Source of the DNA: an uncultured Planctomycetales bacterium
GTDB taxonomy: Bacteria; Omnitrophota; Gorgyraeia; Zapsychrales; JBDRMG01
DNA: 64,000 bases
NCBI GenBank assembly: GCA_964478715.1
Contig: CAYZIY010000002.1
Coordinates: 35,179 to 99,178, forward strand
Reading direction: 5' to 3'
How positions within the stretch are numbered: the first letter of the stretch is position 1; the number at the start of each line of letters is the position of its first letter. The translations under genes were made by a program, and so were the position numbers. This document shows, one piece after another, positions 43,183 through 53,229 of the stretch. Under the pieces are notes generated by a model. That model saw only the letters and a list, made by a program, of their open reading frames with translations, did no database searches and was not told the origin of the DNA.

Positions 43183-43694
43183 CGGATTCCGACTATCGGC
43201 TTCATCACAGCGAGGATTATTATATCCGGACTTTATTAAACAAGGCTATCGTTAGGGAGATCATGACCAAAGACGTTATCTGTTTAAAAGAAGACGATAT
43301 CTTCAGTCTGGTCGCGGAAACATTTCAGCAGAAGGCAATCCGTCATTTACCCATTATTGATTCGAAGGGAAGGGTTAGAGGGATCATTACCCAGAGAGAT
43401 CTGTATCGGATTTCTCCACCCAGAAAAACGGATGACGGCCAATGGTATTATGACAAAAGGTTGCTGGACGGTTATATTCTTAAATATGTGATGACAAAAG
43501 ATGTGACGGTTCTTAATGAAAGCAAATCGGTTGCCGAGGCCCTGTTATTAATGGTCGATCATAAATACGGATGTCTTCCGATTGTAAATGCCGAAGGAAA
43601 ACTAAGCGGCATTGTGACTCAAATTGATATTTTGAGATTGGGAGCGCAGATATTAAGAGAGGGGAAGAAAAATACCGAAAAAAAATTTTATTAA
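43179..43694 (+). CDS. CBS-pair domain protein (AcuB-like)
   Basis: IRHLPI..GIIT.RD and GCLPIV..GIVT..D. Confidence 0.85.
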   Translation: MTDSDYRLHHSEDYYIRTLLNKAIVREIMTKDVICLKEDDIFSLVAETFQQKAIRHLPIIDSKGRVRGIITQRDLYRISPPRKTDDGQWYYDKRLLDGYILKYVMTKDVTVLNESKSVAEALLLMVDHKYGCLPIVNAEGKLSGIVTQIDILRLGAQILREGKKNTEKKFY

Positions 43695-43710
43695 TAAGCA
43701 AGTCGAATTA

Positions 43711-43739
43711 TTGACAGTTGTTTACGGGGGTGATATTCT
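43711..43739 (+). promoter_or_regulatory. Sigma70-type promoter
   Basis: TTGACA-17 bp-TATTCT with extended TG. Confidence 0.65.
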
Positions 43740-43783
43740 AAAACAAATTCATTGGACATCCATTAATATCCGGGAAAACAATT

Positions 43784-44599
43784 ATGATCCGCAAGCCGTC
43801 TGCAGCCGGTACGTTTTATTCGCATAACAAAACACAGCTGGAAAGAGAGATTCAATTATTGTTTGAGGAATGTTCATCTCTGAATCCCGGCAGTGCTCGT
43901 GGTGCTATATGTCCGCACGCCGGTTATCAGTTTTCCGGAGCGGTGGCCGCCAGCACTTTAAAAAGTTGTAACCTAAAGAAGCACATTATTTTAGTTGGTC
44001 CTAATCACACAGGCAGGGGAGCTTTTTTCAGTATTATGCCTCAGGGCCGCTGGATGACGCCTCTTGCAGAGGTAGGGATAAACTCGGATATGGCTGAGGC
44101 GTTTTTGAATCATTCCCGTTGCCTTGAAGCGGATCAAGAAGCCCATCGGTTTGAGCACTGCTTGGAGGTCCTTGTGCCTCTGCTTCAATATTTATCCGAT
44201 GATTTCACCATCGTGCCAATTCTTGTTTCTACAGCTAATGAGGAAGTATATCGCGATATATCTTTAAGTATAAGTCAATCTGTTAAAGACTTGCAGATGG
44301 AAAATGAAGTTTTTATTATTGCTTCTTCGGATATGTCTCATTATGTTTCTCAACAGGAAGCGAAGAAACTTGATCGCATGGCTGTTGAAGCCATGCTGCA
44401 ATTAGATTCGAAGCAGCTTTCCGATAAAGTCATAAATCATCATATCAGCATGTGCGGTGTGTCAGCCGCGTGTATCTGTTTGCAAGCTGTTAAGGATCTA
44501 GGAGCTACAAAAGCTGAACTTATTGACTATAGAACAAGCGGCCAGGTTACGGGTGATTATGATTCCGTGGTGGGTTATGCGGGTATTAAATTCATATAA
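43784..44599 (+). CDS. amrB: MEMO1-family protein (AmmeMemoRadiSam protein B)
   Basis: AGTFY, PHAGY.FSG, GPNH, EH..E, SSDMSHY, MCG, VVGYA. Confidence 0.9.
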   Translation: MIRKPSAAGTFYSHNKTQLEREIQLLFEECSSLNPGSARGAICPHAGYQFSGAVAASTLKSCNLKKHIILVGPNHTGRGAFFSIMPQGRWMTPLAEVGINSDMAEAFLNHSRCLEADQEAHRFEHCLEVLVPLLQYLSDDFTIVPILVSTANEEVYRDISLSISQSVKDLQMENEVFIIASSDMSHYVSQQEAKKLDRMAVEAMLQLDSKQLSDKVINHHISMCGVSAACICLQAVKDLGATKAELIDYRTSGQVTGDYDSVVGYAGIKFI

Positions 44600-44611
44600 A
44601 TAGGAGGGCAC

Positions 44612-44989
44612 ATGACACAGGAAAAAGACGTGGATGAATCATGGAAAGAATCGATTGAGAACCCAAGAGAAAAAGGAGAAGGTCCTGGCCAAACAATCGG
44701 CCCTGAAAGAATCGGGTCGCAGGATCATCAAGTCAATTTTATCGGCTATATAACGAGTCTGGTGTACCAAGTCATGATTTTTCTAGGAGATATACCCAGC
44801 CCCATCGATAATAAGACCGAGAAGAATCTTCCCCAGGCTAAGCTTCTGATCGATACCTTGGTTATGCTTAGAGACAAAACGAAAAATAATCTGGATAAGC
44901 AGGAGGAAGATTCGATCAACCAGATGATATATGAAATTCAAATGCGTTATGTTGATGTGTCTGAGAAGAAAGGGAGGCCAAATGATTGA
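44612..44989 (+). CDS. DUF1844-like protein
   Basis: LG...P....NL.QAK..ID.L..L..KT..NL...E......Y pattern. Confidence 0.75.
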   Translation: MTQEKDVDESWKESIENPREKGEGPGQTIGPERIGSQDHQVNFIGYITSLVYQVMIFLGDIPSPIDNKTEKNLPQAKLLIDTLVMLRDKTKNNLDKQEEDSINQMIYEIQMRYVDVSEKKGRPND

Positions 44990-45140
44990 TAAGACCTTGT
45001 TGGATATTTTAGCTTGTCCGGTATGCAAAGCGGATGTGGAACTTAAGGACAATAAGATATGTTGCAAAAAATGCGGAAAAAAATATCCGATTAAAGACGG
45101 TATTCCTATTATGCTAATTGAGGATGCCGAAAATCCCTAA
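44982..45140 (+). CDS. Trm112/YcaR-family small Zn-finger protein
   Basis: [11 protein letters not shown]...C..C...[11 protein letters not shown]; ATG 44982 after GGAGG. Confidence 0.88.
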   Translation: MIDKTLLDILACPVCKADVELKDNKICCKKCGKKYPIKDGIPIMLIEDAENP

Positions 45141-45166
45141 AGTTTATTTTTGATAAGGAGGATATC

Positions 45167-45604
45167 TTGAAAAAGATACTTGTTATTCATGGCCCGAATC
45201 TGGATTTACTTGGTAACCGCGAAAATGATATCTATGGACAAACGACTCTCAGTGAAATCAACGATTCTTTAAGTCAATATGCTGGAAACAACGGATTGCA
45301 GATTGAATTTCTTCAGAGCAATCACGAAGGAGAGATTGTTGATTTTATTGGTCAGGCAAAGAGAAATGGATTTAATGCGATTCTTGTCAATCCGGCCGCT
45401 TATACTCATACTAGCGTGGCTATCCGAGATGCGATTGCTGCTGTCGATTTACCGGCGGTCGAAGTGCATTTATCCAATATCTACGGTCGGGAAGAGTTTC
45501 GTCACACCTCACTCATTGCTCCTGTATGCACAGGGCAGATCAGCGGTTTTGGAGCGTATAGCTATTTATTGGGTCTTCAGGCACTCATTCCATTGTTGAA
45601 ATAA
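45167..45604 (+). CDS. aroQ: Type II 3-dehydroquinate dehydratase
   Basis: [38 protein letters not shown]. Confidence 0.96.
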   Translation: MKKILVIHGPNLDLLGNRENDIYGQTTLSEINDSLSQYAGNNGLQIEFLQSNHEGEIVDFIGQAKRNGFNAILVNPAAYTHTSVAIRDAIAAVDLPAVEVHLSNIYGREEFRHTSLIAPVCTGQISGFGAYSYLLGLQALIPLLK

Positions 45605-45629
45605 ATCTTACAGCGAAAGAACTTTCTAA

Positions 45630-46682
45630 ATGAATTCCCGGATAAGAAAGTATATTAACTTGATGCACGCCAAGGATTTGGAAGCTTGCCTGGTTTGCGA
45701 TGATGTCAATATTAGCTATCTGACTGGATTTCCGTCAAGGGAATCCTGGCTTCTCATTACCTCCGAAAAAGTCTGTTACATCACCGATTTTCGTTATTAT
45801 CTCGAAGCTAAAAAGCATCTTAAGGGCATAACGGTTTTTCGTTACCGAGATTCCATTTCTATGTCTGTTGGCCAGCTTATGAAAAAAAACGGAGTTTCTC
45901 GGATCGGATACGATTCCCGACATTTAACCTGTTATGCCTTCAGAAAACTTAAAAAGGATGATCCGCCAAAAACCAAATGGATTATTGCTGATCACTTGGT
46001 AGAAACTTTAAGAGACATTAAGGAACCCAGCGAGATCAGATTGATCAAGAAGGCGGTCGATTTGAATCTCAAGGCATTTAATTACATCGGTTCTGTGATA
46101 GAGCCGGGAATGACGGAAAAACAAATCTTATTGAAACTGGAATATTTTGTAAGAAATCATCAGGCATCTTTTGCTTTTCCCCCGATTATTGCCTCAGGTT
46201 CCAACAGCTGTCTTCCTCATGCTCAAGTGTCGGACAGAAAACTTCGGAAAAATGATATTTTATTAATAGATATGGGTATTAATATTAGTGGTTATAAATC
46301 CGACTTGACACGCATGTTTTTTTTGGGTAAAATACCAAATCTTATTCGAGAAATTACTTCTTTTGTGCGGGAATCGCAAAGAAAAGCCATAAGGTCTATC
46401 AGACCCGGGTGCAGGGCAAAAGACATTGACTTTGCCGCACGAAAGTATTTGAAAAGTAAGAAATTAGAGAAATATTTCGGTCATTCACTGGGTCATGGCG
46501 TAGGCCTTCAAGTACATGAAAGCCCCGCGATTTCTTCATGGAATTCTGAAATTTTGAAAGAGGGCATGGTTTTTACGATTGAACCGGCAGTTTATATTCC
46601 TCAGCAGTTCGGAATTCGAATCGAAGATATGGTTCATGTGACACAAAATGGCGTTGAGGTTTTAAGTGACCATCTCCATTAA
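45630..46682 (+). CDS. Xaa-Pro aminopeptidase (M24B, YqhT/PepQ-like)
   Basis: TDFRY, PHA, YKSDLTR, HSLGHGVGL.VHE, TIEP, GIRIED. Confidence 0.9.
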   Translation: MNSRIRKYINLMHAKDLEACLVCDDVNISYLTGFPSRESWLLITSEKVCYITDFRYYLEAKKHLKGITVFRYRDSISMSVGQLMKKNGVSRIGYDSRHLTCYAFRKLKKDDPPKTKWIIADHLVETLRDIKEPSEIRLIKKAVDLNLKAFNYIGSVIEPGMTEKQILLKLEYFVRNHQASFAFPPIIASGSNSCLPHAQVSDRKLRKNDILLIDMGINISGYKSDLTRMFFLGKIPNLIREITSFVRESQRKAIRSIRPGCRAKDIDFAARKYLKSKKLEKYFGHSLGHGVGLQVHESPAISSWNSEILKEGMVFTIEPAVYIPQQFGIRIEDMVHVTQNGVEVLSDHLH

Positions 46683-47232
46683 CCAGATAACCTCCGGAAT
46701 GGGTCTGAAGCTTGATAACAATATTTATGTTGTCAGTGAATACCACCATGTGAAACCCGGCAAGGGCAGCGCTTTTGTGCGGGTTAAGCTCAAGAATCTC
46801 AAAACAGATCTTACCATTGATAGGACCTTTAAATCTGCCGACAAGCTGGAAGACGTTTTCCTCGATGAGAAAAAGCTTCAGTATCTTTATCGCTCTAGCC
46901 AGACTCTTCACCTTATGGATCAGGAAACTTTTGAGCAGTGTACGATTTCCATTGATGAGCTAGGGGAGCAATTCAATTATTTACAGGATAATCTTGAGCT
47001 GAGCGCTATTTTTTGTGACCATAAATTGCAGAAAGTCCTGCTGCCTAATTTCATTAAGGCAAAAATCATCGAAACAGAACCGGGCTTTAAAGGCGATACC
47101 GCGAAGTCCGGGACAAAACCGGCTACCATCGATGCCGGAGCTACTGTGCAAGTACCATTGTTTATTAATCAGGGAGATTGGATTAAGCTGGACGTCAGAA
47201 CGGGGACTTATGTTGAAAGGATTCAAAAATGA
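46666..47232 (+). CDS. efp: Elongation factor P
   Basis: HVKPGKGSAF loop (Lys type), PGFKGDT, VPLFI. Confidence 0.97.
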   Translation: MTISINQITSGMGLKLDNNIYVVSEYHHVKPGKGSAFVRVKLKNLKTDLTIDRTFKSADKLEDVFLDEKKLQYLYRSSQTLHLMDQETFEQCTISIDELGEQFNYLQDNLELSAIFCDHKLQKVLLPNFIKAKIIETEPGFKGDTAKSGTKPATIDAGATVQVPLFINQGDWIKLDVRTGTYVERIQK

Positions 47233-47693
47233 ATTTAAAAGAAATTAAAGAAATAATAAGTTTGATGAATGAAAACGGCTTAAGTGAAATCGAACTTGAA
47301 AGAGAGGGTATGAAAGTCAAGATTCGAAAGAATGTATCGGAAAGCTCTCTCCAGAATCTACCGGAAATTCCGCCGCAGTATCACGTCGAGTCTGCTCCCG
47401 TTCTCAGCCCTTCGCCTGTATCAGCATCCGCTCAAGGACCAGCAGAAAAAAATACCAAAGATATCACCTCTCCCATGGTAGGAACTTTTTACCGGGCACC
47501 TTCGCCCGAATCGGCGTCTTATGTGGAGGTGGGGCAGATTGTGGAAATCGGACAGGTTGTTTGTATTGTTGAGGCCATGAAGTTGATGAACGAGATCAAA
47601 TCAGAAGTTCGCGGTAAGGTTAAGGAGATTCCTATAGAAAATGCCCAGCCCGTTGAGTTTGGTCAAGTCTTATTTGTTATTGAATCCGTCTAG
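47229..47693 (+). CDS. accB: Acetyl-CoA carboxylase biotin carboxyl carrier protein
   Basis: SPMVGTFY, EAMKLMN. Confidence 0.96.
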   Translation: MNLKEIKEIISLMNENGLSEIELEREGMKVKIRKNVSESSLQNLPEIPPQYHVESAPVLSPSPVSASAQGPAEKNTKDITSPMVGTFYRAPSPESASYVEVGQIVEIGQVVCIVEAMKLMNEIKSEVRGKVKEIPIENAQPVEFGQVLFVIESV

Positions 47694-47696
47694 CGT

Positions 47697-49055
47697 ATGT
47701 TTTCAAAAGTTCTTATAGCCAATCGAGGAGAAATTGCATTACGCGTAATTCGCGCCTGTCGAGAGATGGGAATAGCGACAGTCGCTGTTTATTCAGAAGC
47801 TGATCGAAATTCTCTCCATGTTCGGTTTGCCGATGAGGCCGTTTGTATCGGCAAGGCCACCAGCAAGGATAGTTATCTTAATATTCCGGCCATTATTTCG
47901 GCTGCAGAAATTACGGATGTTGAAGCCATTCATCCTGGATACGGATTTTTGGCTGAAAATGCTCACTTTGCCGAAATATGCCAGTCGTGTCATATTAATT
48001 TCATCGGCCCAACGCCTTATTCCATAAATTTGATGGGTGATAAAATTATGGCCCGAGATGCCGTAAAAAAAATCGGTGTGCCTGTTACTCCGGGAACGAC
48101 CAATGCCATCGCAACAAAAGAAGAAGCCTTAAAGATCGCTAAGAAAATTAAGTATCCGGTTATCATCAAAGCCGCGGCCGGTGGCGGTGGTAAAGGGATG
48201 AGGGTTTGCCACAACGACATCAGTTTAATGAGTTCGTTTACGATGGCTCAGAATGAAGCAGAAGCTAATTTCGGTAACGGAGCTGTTTACATTGAGAAAT
48301 ACGTTGCCGATCCGAGACACATTGAATTTCAAATTTTAGCTGACAAGCAAGGCCATATTATACACCTGGGTGAACGAGATTGCAGCATTCAGCGCAGGCA
48401 TCAGAAATTGTTGGAAGAATCACCTTCTGCGGTTCTTAATGCGAGATTAAGAAAGAAGATGGGGGACGCAGCGATAAAGGCCGCCAAGGCTGCAAAATAT
48501 CATGGAGCGGGAACGGTAGAATTTCTCTTAGCTAGCGGCGGTTTGTTTTATTTTCTTGAAATGAATACACGCGTGCAGGTTGAGCATCCCGTAACCGAAA
48601 TGGTAACCGGGATCGATATAGTAAAAGAACAGATTCGTATAGCGGCTGGCGAAAAACTGAAAGTCAAGCAAGATGCAATCCAGCTGAAAGGCGCGGCTGT
48701 TGAATGTCGAATCAATGCGGAAGACCCGGACAATAATTTTATCCCTTCACCGGGGAAAATCGAAGAGTTAAATCTGCCCGGAGGTCCAGGGGTACGTATT
48801 GACACACATATTTATCCGGGATACATGATCAGCCCTTATTATGATTCCATGGTTGCCAAATTGATCACCTATGGCCGCAATCGCCAGGAGGCTATTGCGA
48901 TCATGCGACGGGCTCTGGATGAATTCTATATCAGCCCGATCAAGACAACGATCGGTTTGCATTCGCGCATAATGAATCATCCGCTGTTTGTCAAAGGTAC
49001 TTTCTCGACGCATTTCCTTGAGAAAAATGATTTAAGAAAAAAGAAGGAGGAATAA
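47697..49055 (+). CDS. accC: Biotin carboxylase
   Basis: [34 protein letters not shown]. Confidence 0.97.
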   Translation: MFSKVLIANRGEIALRVIRACREMGIATVAVYSEADRNSLHVRFADEAVCIGKATSKDSYLNIPAIISAAEITDVEAIHPGYGFLAENAHFAEICQSCHINFIGPTPYSINLMGDKIMARDAVKKIGVPVTPGTTNAIATKEEALKIAKKIKYPVIIKAAAGGGGKGMRVCHNDISLMSSFTMAQNEAEANFGNGAVYIEKYVADPRHIEFQILADKQGHIIHLGERDCSIQRRHQKLLEESPSAVLNARLRKKMGDAAIKAAKAAKYHGAGTVEFLLASGGLFYFLEMNTRVQVEHPVTEMVTGIDIVKEQIRIAAGEKLKVKQDAIQLKGAAVECRINAEDPDNNFIPSPGKIEELNLPGGPGVRIDTHIYPGYMISPYYDSMVAKLITYGRNRQEAIAIMRRALDEFYISPIKTTIGLHSRIMNHPLFVKGTFSTHFLEKNDLRKKKEE

Positions 49056-49059
49056 TTTC

Positions 49060-49416
49060 GTGAGCGAAGAAAACAAAATTAATTTCGGATCAATACAAAT
49101 ACACAAGAAAGTTCTTGCCGATATTGCATCCACGGCCATTGAAGAAATCGATGGCGTCCATTTGAGGGACGCTGAATTTTCTTCTTTCTTCAGAAATCTC
49201 TTTAACCGGCAGAGTTCGTCCGGTGTTCGCGTTTCGGTTGACAGCGATAATCAGGTTTCGATTGAAGTCAAAATCACCGTCAAATACGGTTTGAATATTC
49301 CCGATATCGCAGGCCAGGTGCAAGAGAAGATTCGTACCAACGTGGAAAGAACAGCTGATGTTATGCTCAAAGACGTACATGTTAATATTCAAGGGATCGA
49401 GAGGGGGAACACATGA
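49060..49416 (+). CDS. Asp23/Gls24 family envelope stress protein
   Basis: G.I.I...V...IA..A..E.DGV, YG.NIP..A..VQ, V.V.I.G; follows accC as yqhY does. Confidence 0.85.
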   Translation: MSEENKINFGSIQIHKKVLADIASTAIEEIDGVHLRDAEFSSFFRNLFNRQSSSGVRVSVDSDNQVSIEVKITVKYGLNIPDIAGQVQEKIRTNVERTADVMLKDVHVNIQGIERGNT

Positions 49417-50027
49417 GATTATTTACGCGTTTTGCCATTTTGTTTTATGTTGCGGTGATATCCATCGTCTGCGGCTGTATCATATTATTTGCCACTCGAA
49501 CGATTCAACTGGATGAGGTTTTTCATTATCTGATCCTTATTTACGAAGATCCCGTTATCAATCTGATTACGATTGGATCCAGTTTACTGGTTGTTCTTTT
49601 CAGTTTTCTTTTTGCCCGCATTGTTTATGGGAGCCAGCAAAAGGAAAAAAATATTGCTTTCGATAATCCTTCTGGGAGAGTGAGTGTGTCATTGGGAGCC
49701 GTAGAGGATCTTGTCCGTCGTATGATCCAAAAAGTTGAGGAGGTCAAGGAAGTCCGGCCCAGCATCATTGCTTCCAAAAAGGGTATCGAGATTGAATCAC
49801 GTTTGGTTCTTCGAAGTGATGTTAATATTCCTCAGATGACCTCTCGCCTGCAGGATATGGTCAAAAATAAGATTCAGGAGATTTTGGGTATTGAAGAGTC
49901 TGTTCATGTGAGAATCCATATCGTTAAGATTATCAATGAGCAACCGAAGGCGAAAGCCAAGAAAAAAATTGAAGAGAAAAAAGAGGAAGAAGAGCCGGCC
50001 GTTCCATTTCAAGGTTATCGTAATTAA
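49413..50027 (+). CDS. AmaP-like membrane anchor of Asp23
   Basis: Two N-terminal TM helices, then an Asp23-like domain (G.V.VS..AVE.L). Confidence 0.7.
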   Translation: MRLFTRFAILFYVAVISIVCGCIILFATRTIQLDEVFHYLILIYEDPVINLITIGSSLLVVLFSFLFARIVYGSQQKEKNIAFDNPSGRVSVSLGAVEDLVRRMIQKVEEVKEVRPSIIASKKGIEIESRLVLRSDVNIPQMTSRLQDMVKNKIQEILGIEESVHVRIHIVKIINEQPKAKAKKKIEEKKEEEEPAVPFQGYRN

Positions 50028-50040
50028 GAAGGATCGCTTT

Positions 50041-51081
50041 ATGAAAAAAATTGGAATCTTAACTGGCGGGGCCGATTGTCCAGGTCTTAATTCTGTGATC
50101 AGAGCTGTTGTTCGGAAAAGCCTGCAAGAAGGTTATGTCGTGACCGGAGTTAAGAATGGCTGGGAGGGCTTAATCGACAATGATATGCGCATATTGGACT
50201 TAAAGGCTACATCTGGAATTTTGGATCGCGGCGGTACCATTTTGGGGACAAGTCGTATCAGTCCTCTCAATGACCAAAGCAGCATTAAGAAAATTGCTCA
50301 AAATTTTAAGCGCAGCGGTATTGATGCGCTCATCGTTGTAGGCGGAGAAGATACGTTTAAAATAGCTTATCAGTTACACGCCAAGAATGTAATAAAAGTG
50401 GTTGGAGTTCCCAAATCAATCGATAATGCTCTCAACGGGACCGATTATGCTTTCGGATTTGATACAGCCGTCAATGTGGCCACAGAATGCATAGATAGGC
50501 TTCATACGACGGCTGAAAGTCATCACCGGATTATTGTAGTTGAAGTTATGGGCCGGTTTACAGGCTGGATTGCCCTGGAGGCAGGTTTAGCCGGCGGAGC
50601 AGACATTATTTTAATCCCCGAGTTTCCAGTTAATATGGATGAAATTTGTCAGGCTATCCGCTCCCGGCATAAACGAGGCAAGACATTTAGTATCGTGGTT
50701 GTTTCCGAAGGAGTTATTCTAGATGCCCGCGAACGTTCTGAAAAAGCGCTACAGCAAAACGTGGATGCCTTTGGGAATCGAAGATTCGGCGGGATCGGTG
50801 AATTAATCGGTAAGACAATCGCCTCCAAAACTTCTTATGAAACCCGCGTTAGTGTTTTGGGGCATATCCAACGAGGCGGAACGCCTTCAGCCTATGACCG
50901 CGTTATAGGGACACGTTTTGGTGTTGAGGCCGTGGAAATGGTTAAGGCCAATCAAATGGGCAAGATGGTCAGTTTACATAATAATAAGCTCAGATGCGTT
51001 GATATCAAAGAAACACAGATCAAACGCAAAACGGTCGATATTGAACTCTACAATTTAGCCAGGGTGTTTTTTGCGGAATAA
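50041..51081 (+). CDS. pfkA: 6-phosphofructokinase, PfkA family (PPi-type signature)
   Basis: TGGADCPGLN, GGTILGTSR, GGEDT, PKSIDN, EVMGR, LGHIQRGG; ATG 50041. Confidence 0.9.
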   Translation: MKKIGILTGGADCPGLNSVIRAVVRKSLQEGYVVTGVKNGWEGLIDNDMRILDLKATSGILDRGGTILGTSRISPLNDQSSIKKIAQNFKRSGIDALIVVGGEDTFKIAYQLHAKNVIKVVGVPKSIDNALNGTDYAFGFDTAVNVATECIDRLHTTAESHHRIIVVEVMGRFTGWIALEAGLAGGADIILIPEFPVNMDEICQAIRSRHKRGKTFSIVVVSEGVILDARERSEKALQQNVDAFGNRRFGGIGELIGKTIASKTSYETRVSVLGHIQRGGTPSAYDRVIGTRFGVEAVEMVKANQMGKMVSLHNNKLRCVDIKETQIKRKTVDIELYNLARVFFAE

Positions 51082-51084
51082 ATA

Positions 51085-51657
51085 ATGAAAAAGCAGATAA
51101 CGAAAATATTTCATGATTCTTGTCGGGTCTGCGACGAGACGCTTAAGAATAATCTGGATAGCATAGCCTTTATGGCCAAGGAATTGATTAAGGTACTTAA
51201 GCGAAAGAAGAAGATTGTGATTTTCGGCAACGGGGGATCGGCTGCCGACAGCCAACATATAGCGGCCGAATTAATCGGACGTTTCAAAAGAGAACGCCGC
51301 AGTCTTCCTGCGATTTCCTTGACTACAGATACGTCGATTTTGACGGCTTTGGGTAATGATTATGGGTTTGATATTGTCTTCGCCCGACAGCTGGAAGGCC
51401 TAGCCGTTAAAGGTGATGCAGTGATCGCTATCTCTACTAGCGGTCATTCCCGTAATGTAATTGAGGCGGTTAAGCAGGCAAAAAAAATGGAGATGAAGGT
51501 TTTTGCCTTTACCGGTTGCAAAGGCGGACGTTTGGCCAAGCTATGCGATGCCAGCTTGATTGTCCCTTCTTATGATACCGCGCGTATCCAGGAAGCCCAT
51601 ATCGTGACCGCTCATGCCATTGTCGATATAATTGAAGAGGCTTTTTACCGAAAGTGA
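51085..51657 (+). CDS. gmhA: Phosphoheptose isomerase
   Basis: GNGGSAADSQH, GNDYG, STSG.S.N, IQEAH. Confidence 0.95.
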   Translation: MKKQITKIFHDSCRVCDETLKNNLDSIAFMAKELIKVLKRKKKIVIFGNGGSAADSQHIAAELIGRFKRERRSLPAISLTTDTSILTALGNDYGFDIVFARQLEGLAVKGDAVIAISTSGHSRNVIEAVKQAKKMEMKVFAFTGCKGGRLAKLCDASLIVPSYDTARIQEAHIVTAHAIVDIIEEAFYRK

Positions 51658-52142
51658 ATTTCAAAAACAAGATAGTACCTCTTGGAAGTCTAAGACGAAA
51701 AGTTTCTCTGTTGAGACGGCAGAAAAAAAAGATTGCTTTTACCAATGGTTGTTTCGATATTTTGCATCGAGGTCATGTAGATTATTTGTTAAAGGCCAAG
51801 AAAAAAGATCGCGTTCTTATTGTGGCGGTTAACAGTGATCGTTCGGTGCGAGCTATTAAAGGAAAAAACAGGCCGATTGTTTCTGAAAATGATCGCGCTT
51901 TGATTATTGCCTCATTGGAATTTGTCGATTATGTTTTGATTTTTAATGAGCCTACTCCTTATCGGGTGATCAGCCTTTTAAAACCGGATGTTCTCATCAA
52001 GGGATCCGATTGGAAAACACAGGGAGCTGTGGGAGCGGAAGTTGTTCGAAAAAATAAAGGCCGCGTGGAGTATATTCCCTTGCTTAAAGGATATTCCACA
52101 ACCGGTTTAATAGAAAAGATTTTAAAGAGTGCAAAAAATTAG
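51654..52142 (+). CDS. rfaE2: D-glycero-beta-D-manno-heptose 1-phosphate adenylyltransferase
   Basis: FTNGCFDILHRGH, NSD.SV..KG..RP, KGSDW, STT. Confidence 0.92.
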   Translation: MNFKNKIVPLGSLRRKVSLLRRQKKKIAFTNGCFDILHRGHVDYLLKAKKKDRVLIVAVNSDRSVRAIKGKNRPIVSENDRALIIASLEFVDYVLIFNEPTPYRVISLLKPDVLIKGSDWKTQGAVGAEVVRKNKGRVEYIPLLKGYSTTGLIEKILKSAKN

Positions 52143-52551
52143 GCAAGAAAAAATTATTCGAATTTTGGATGCAAATATCAATCGGGTTAAAGAAGCCTTA
52201 AGAGTTTGCGAAGATACGGCACGTTTTGTGCTTGGCAGTTCTTTGTTAACAAAAAAATTCAAGACTATCCGCCATGAAGTTTCCTCTTTGACTAATAGCT
52301 GGTCTCTCAAGAAAAAAGATATGCTTCAGTCTAGGGATGTCAAGTCGGATTGCGGAAAGGCCAGCGTGGCCACTGAGATGAAGCGCGAAACAGTGAGGGA
52401 TATATTTTTGGCCAATATTCAAAGAGCCAAGGAGTCGATTCGGGTGCTGGAGGAATTCACTAAGCTAATCAATAGCCAAGACGCTCAAAGATTCAAAGAA
52501 ATCCGTTATAAAATCTATCATCTCGAATATGAAGTCTATAAAAAATTGTAA
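52129..52551 (+). CDS. ThiD2-like protein (homologue of N-terminal domain of long cyanobacterial ThiE)
   Basis: RILDANINR..E.LRV.ED, RD...D.G, AN..RA.E..RVLEE. Confidence 0.75.
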   Translation: MQKIRQEKIIRILDANINRVKEALRVCEDTARFVLGSSLLTKKFKTIRHEVSSLTNSWSLKKKDMLQSRDVKSDCGKASVATEMKRETVRDIFLANIQRAKESIRVLEEFTKLINSQDAQRFKEIRYKIYHLEYEVYKKL

Positions 52552-53149
52552 ACTCTACCTGATTCTGGATGCCGAAGTTGTTTCTTATAAAGAATTGCTC
52601 TCCGTAGCTCGTCGATCTCTTAAAGCTGGTGTAGGTATTATTCAAATCCGTGATAAAAAAGCCAGCGCAAGGGATTTGATTAATTTCTTTTTTTCTCTCA
52701 AAAGGATTGTTAAAAATCGAGTTCCCATTATTATCAATGATCGGTTGGATGTGGCCTGGGTCTGTAGAGCTGATGGCGTGCATCTCGGGCAGGAGGATAT
52801 CCCTGTTAGAAAGGCGAGAAGAATTCTCGGATCTTCGTTTTTAATCGGCTGCTCCTGTCAAAATATGGCTGCCGTCAAACGCGCTCAACACGATTCTGCC
52901 GATTATATCGGTTTCGGATCTGTTTTTCGAACTCTGACTAAACCCGAGCGCAAGCCTATGAATCTGAAATTGCTTTCAAAAGTTGTCCAGCAAGCCACCA
53001 TACCGGTTTTTGGTATCGGTGGTATCGGCCTGAACAATATTCACTTAGTGATTGATCATGGATGTAACCGGGTTGCTGTCTGTCGGGCTCTATGTAGAAG
53101 CAAGAAGGTTACGCAGAAAACAAGAAGCTTAATAAATTTATTGTCAAAT

Positions 53150-53170
<21 letters not shown>
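52529..53170 (+). CDS. thiE: Thiamine-phosphate synthase
   Basis: Q.RDK, IINDR, GVHLGQED, DY.GFG.VF.T.TK, IGGI. Confidence 0.9.
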
Positions 53171-53221
<51 letters not shown>

Positions 53222-53229
53222 TGGTTAAA

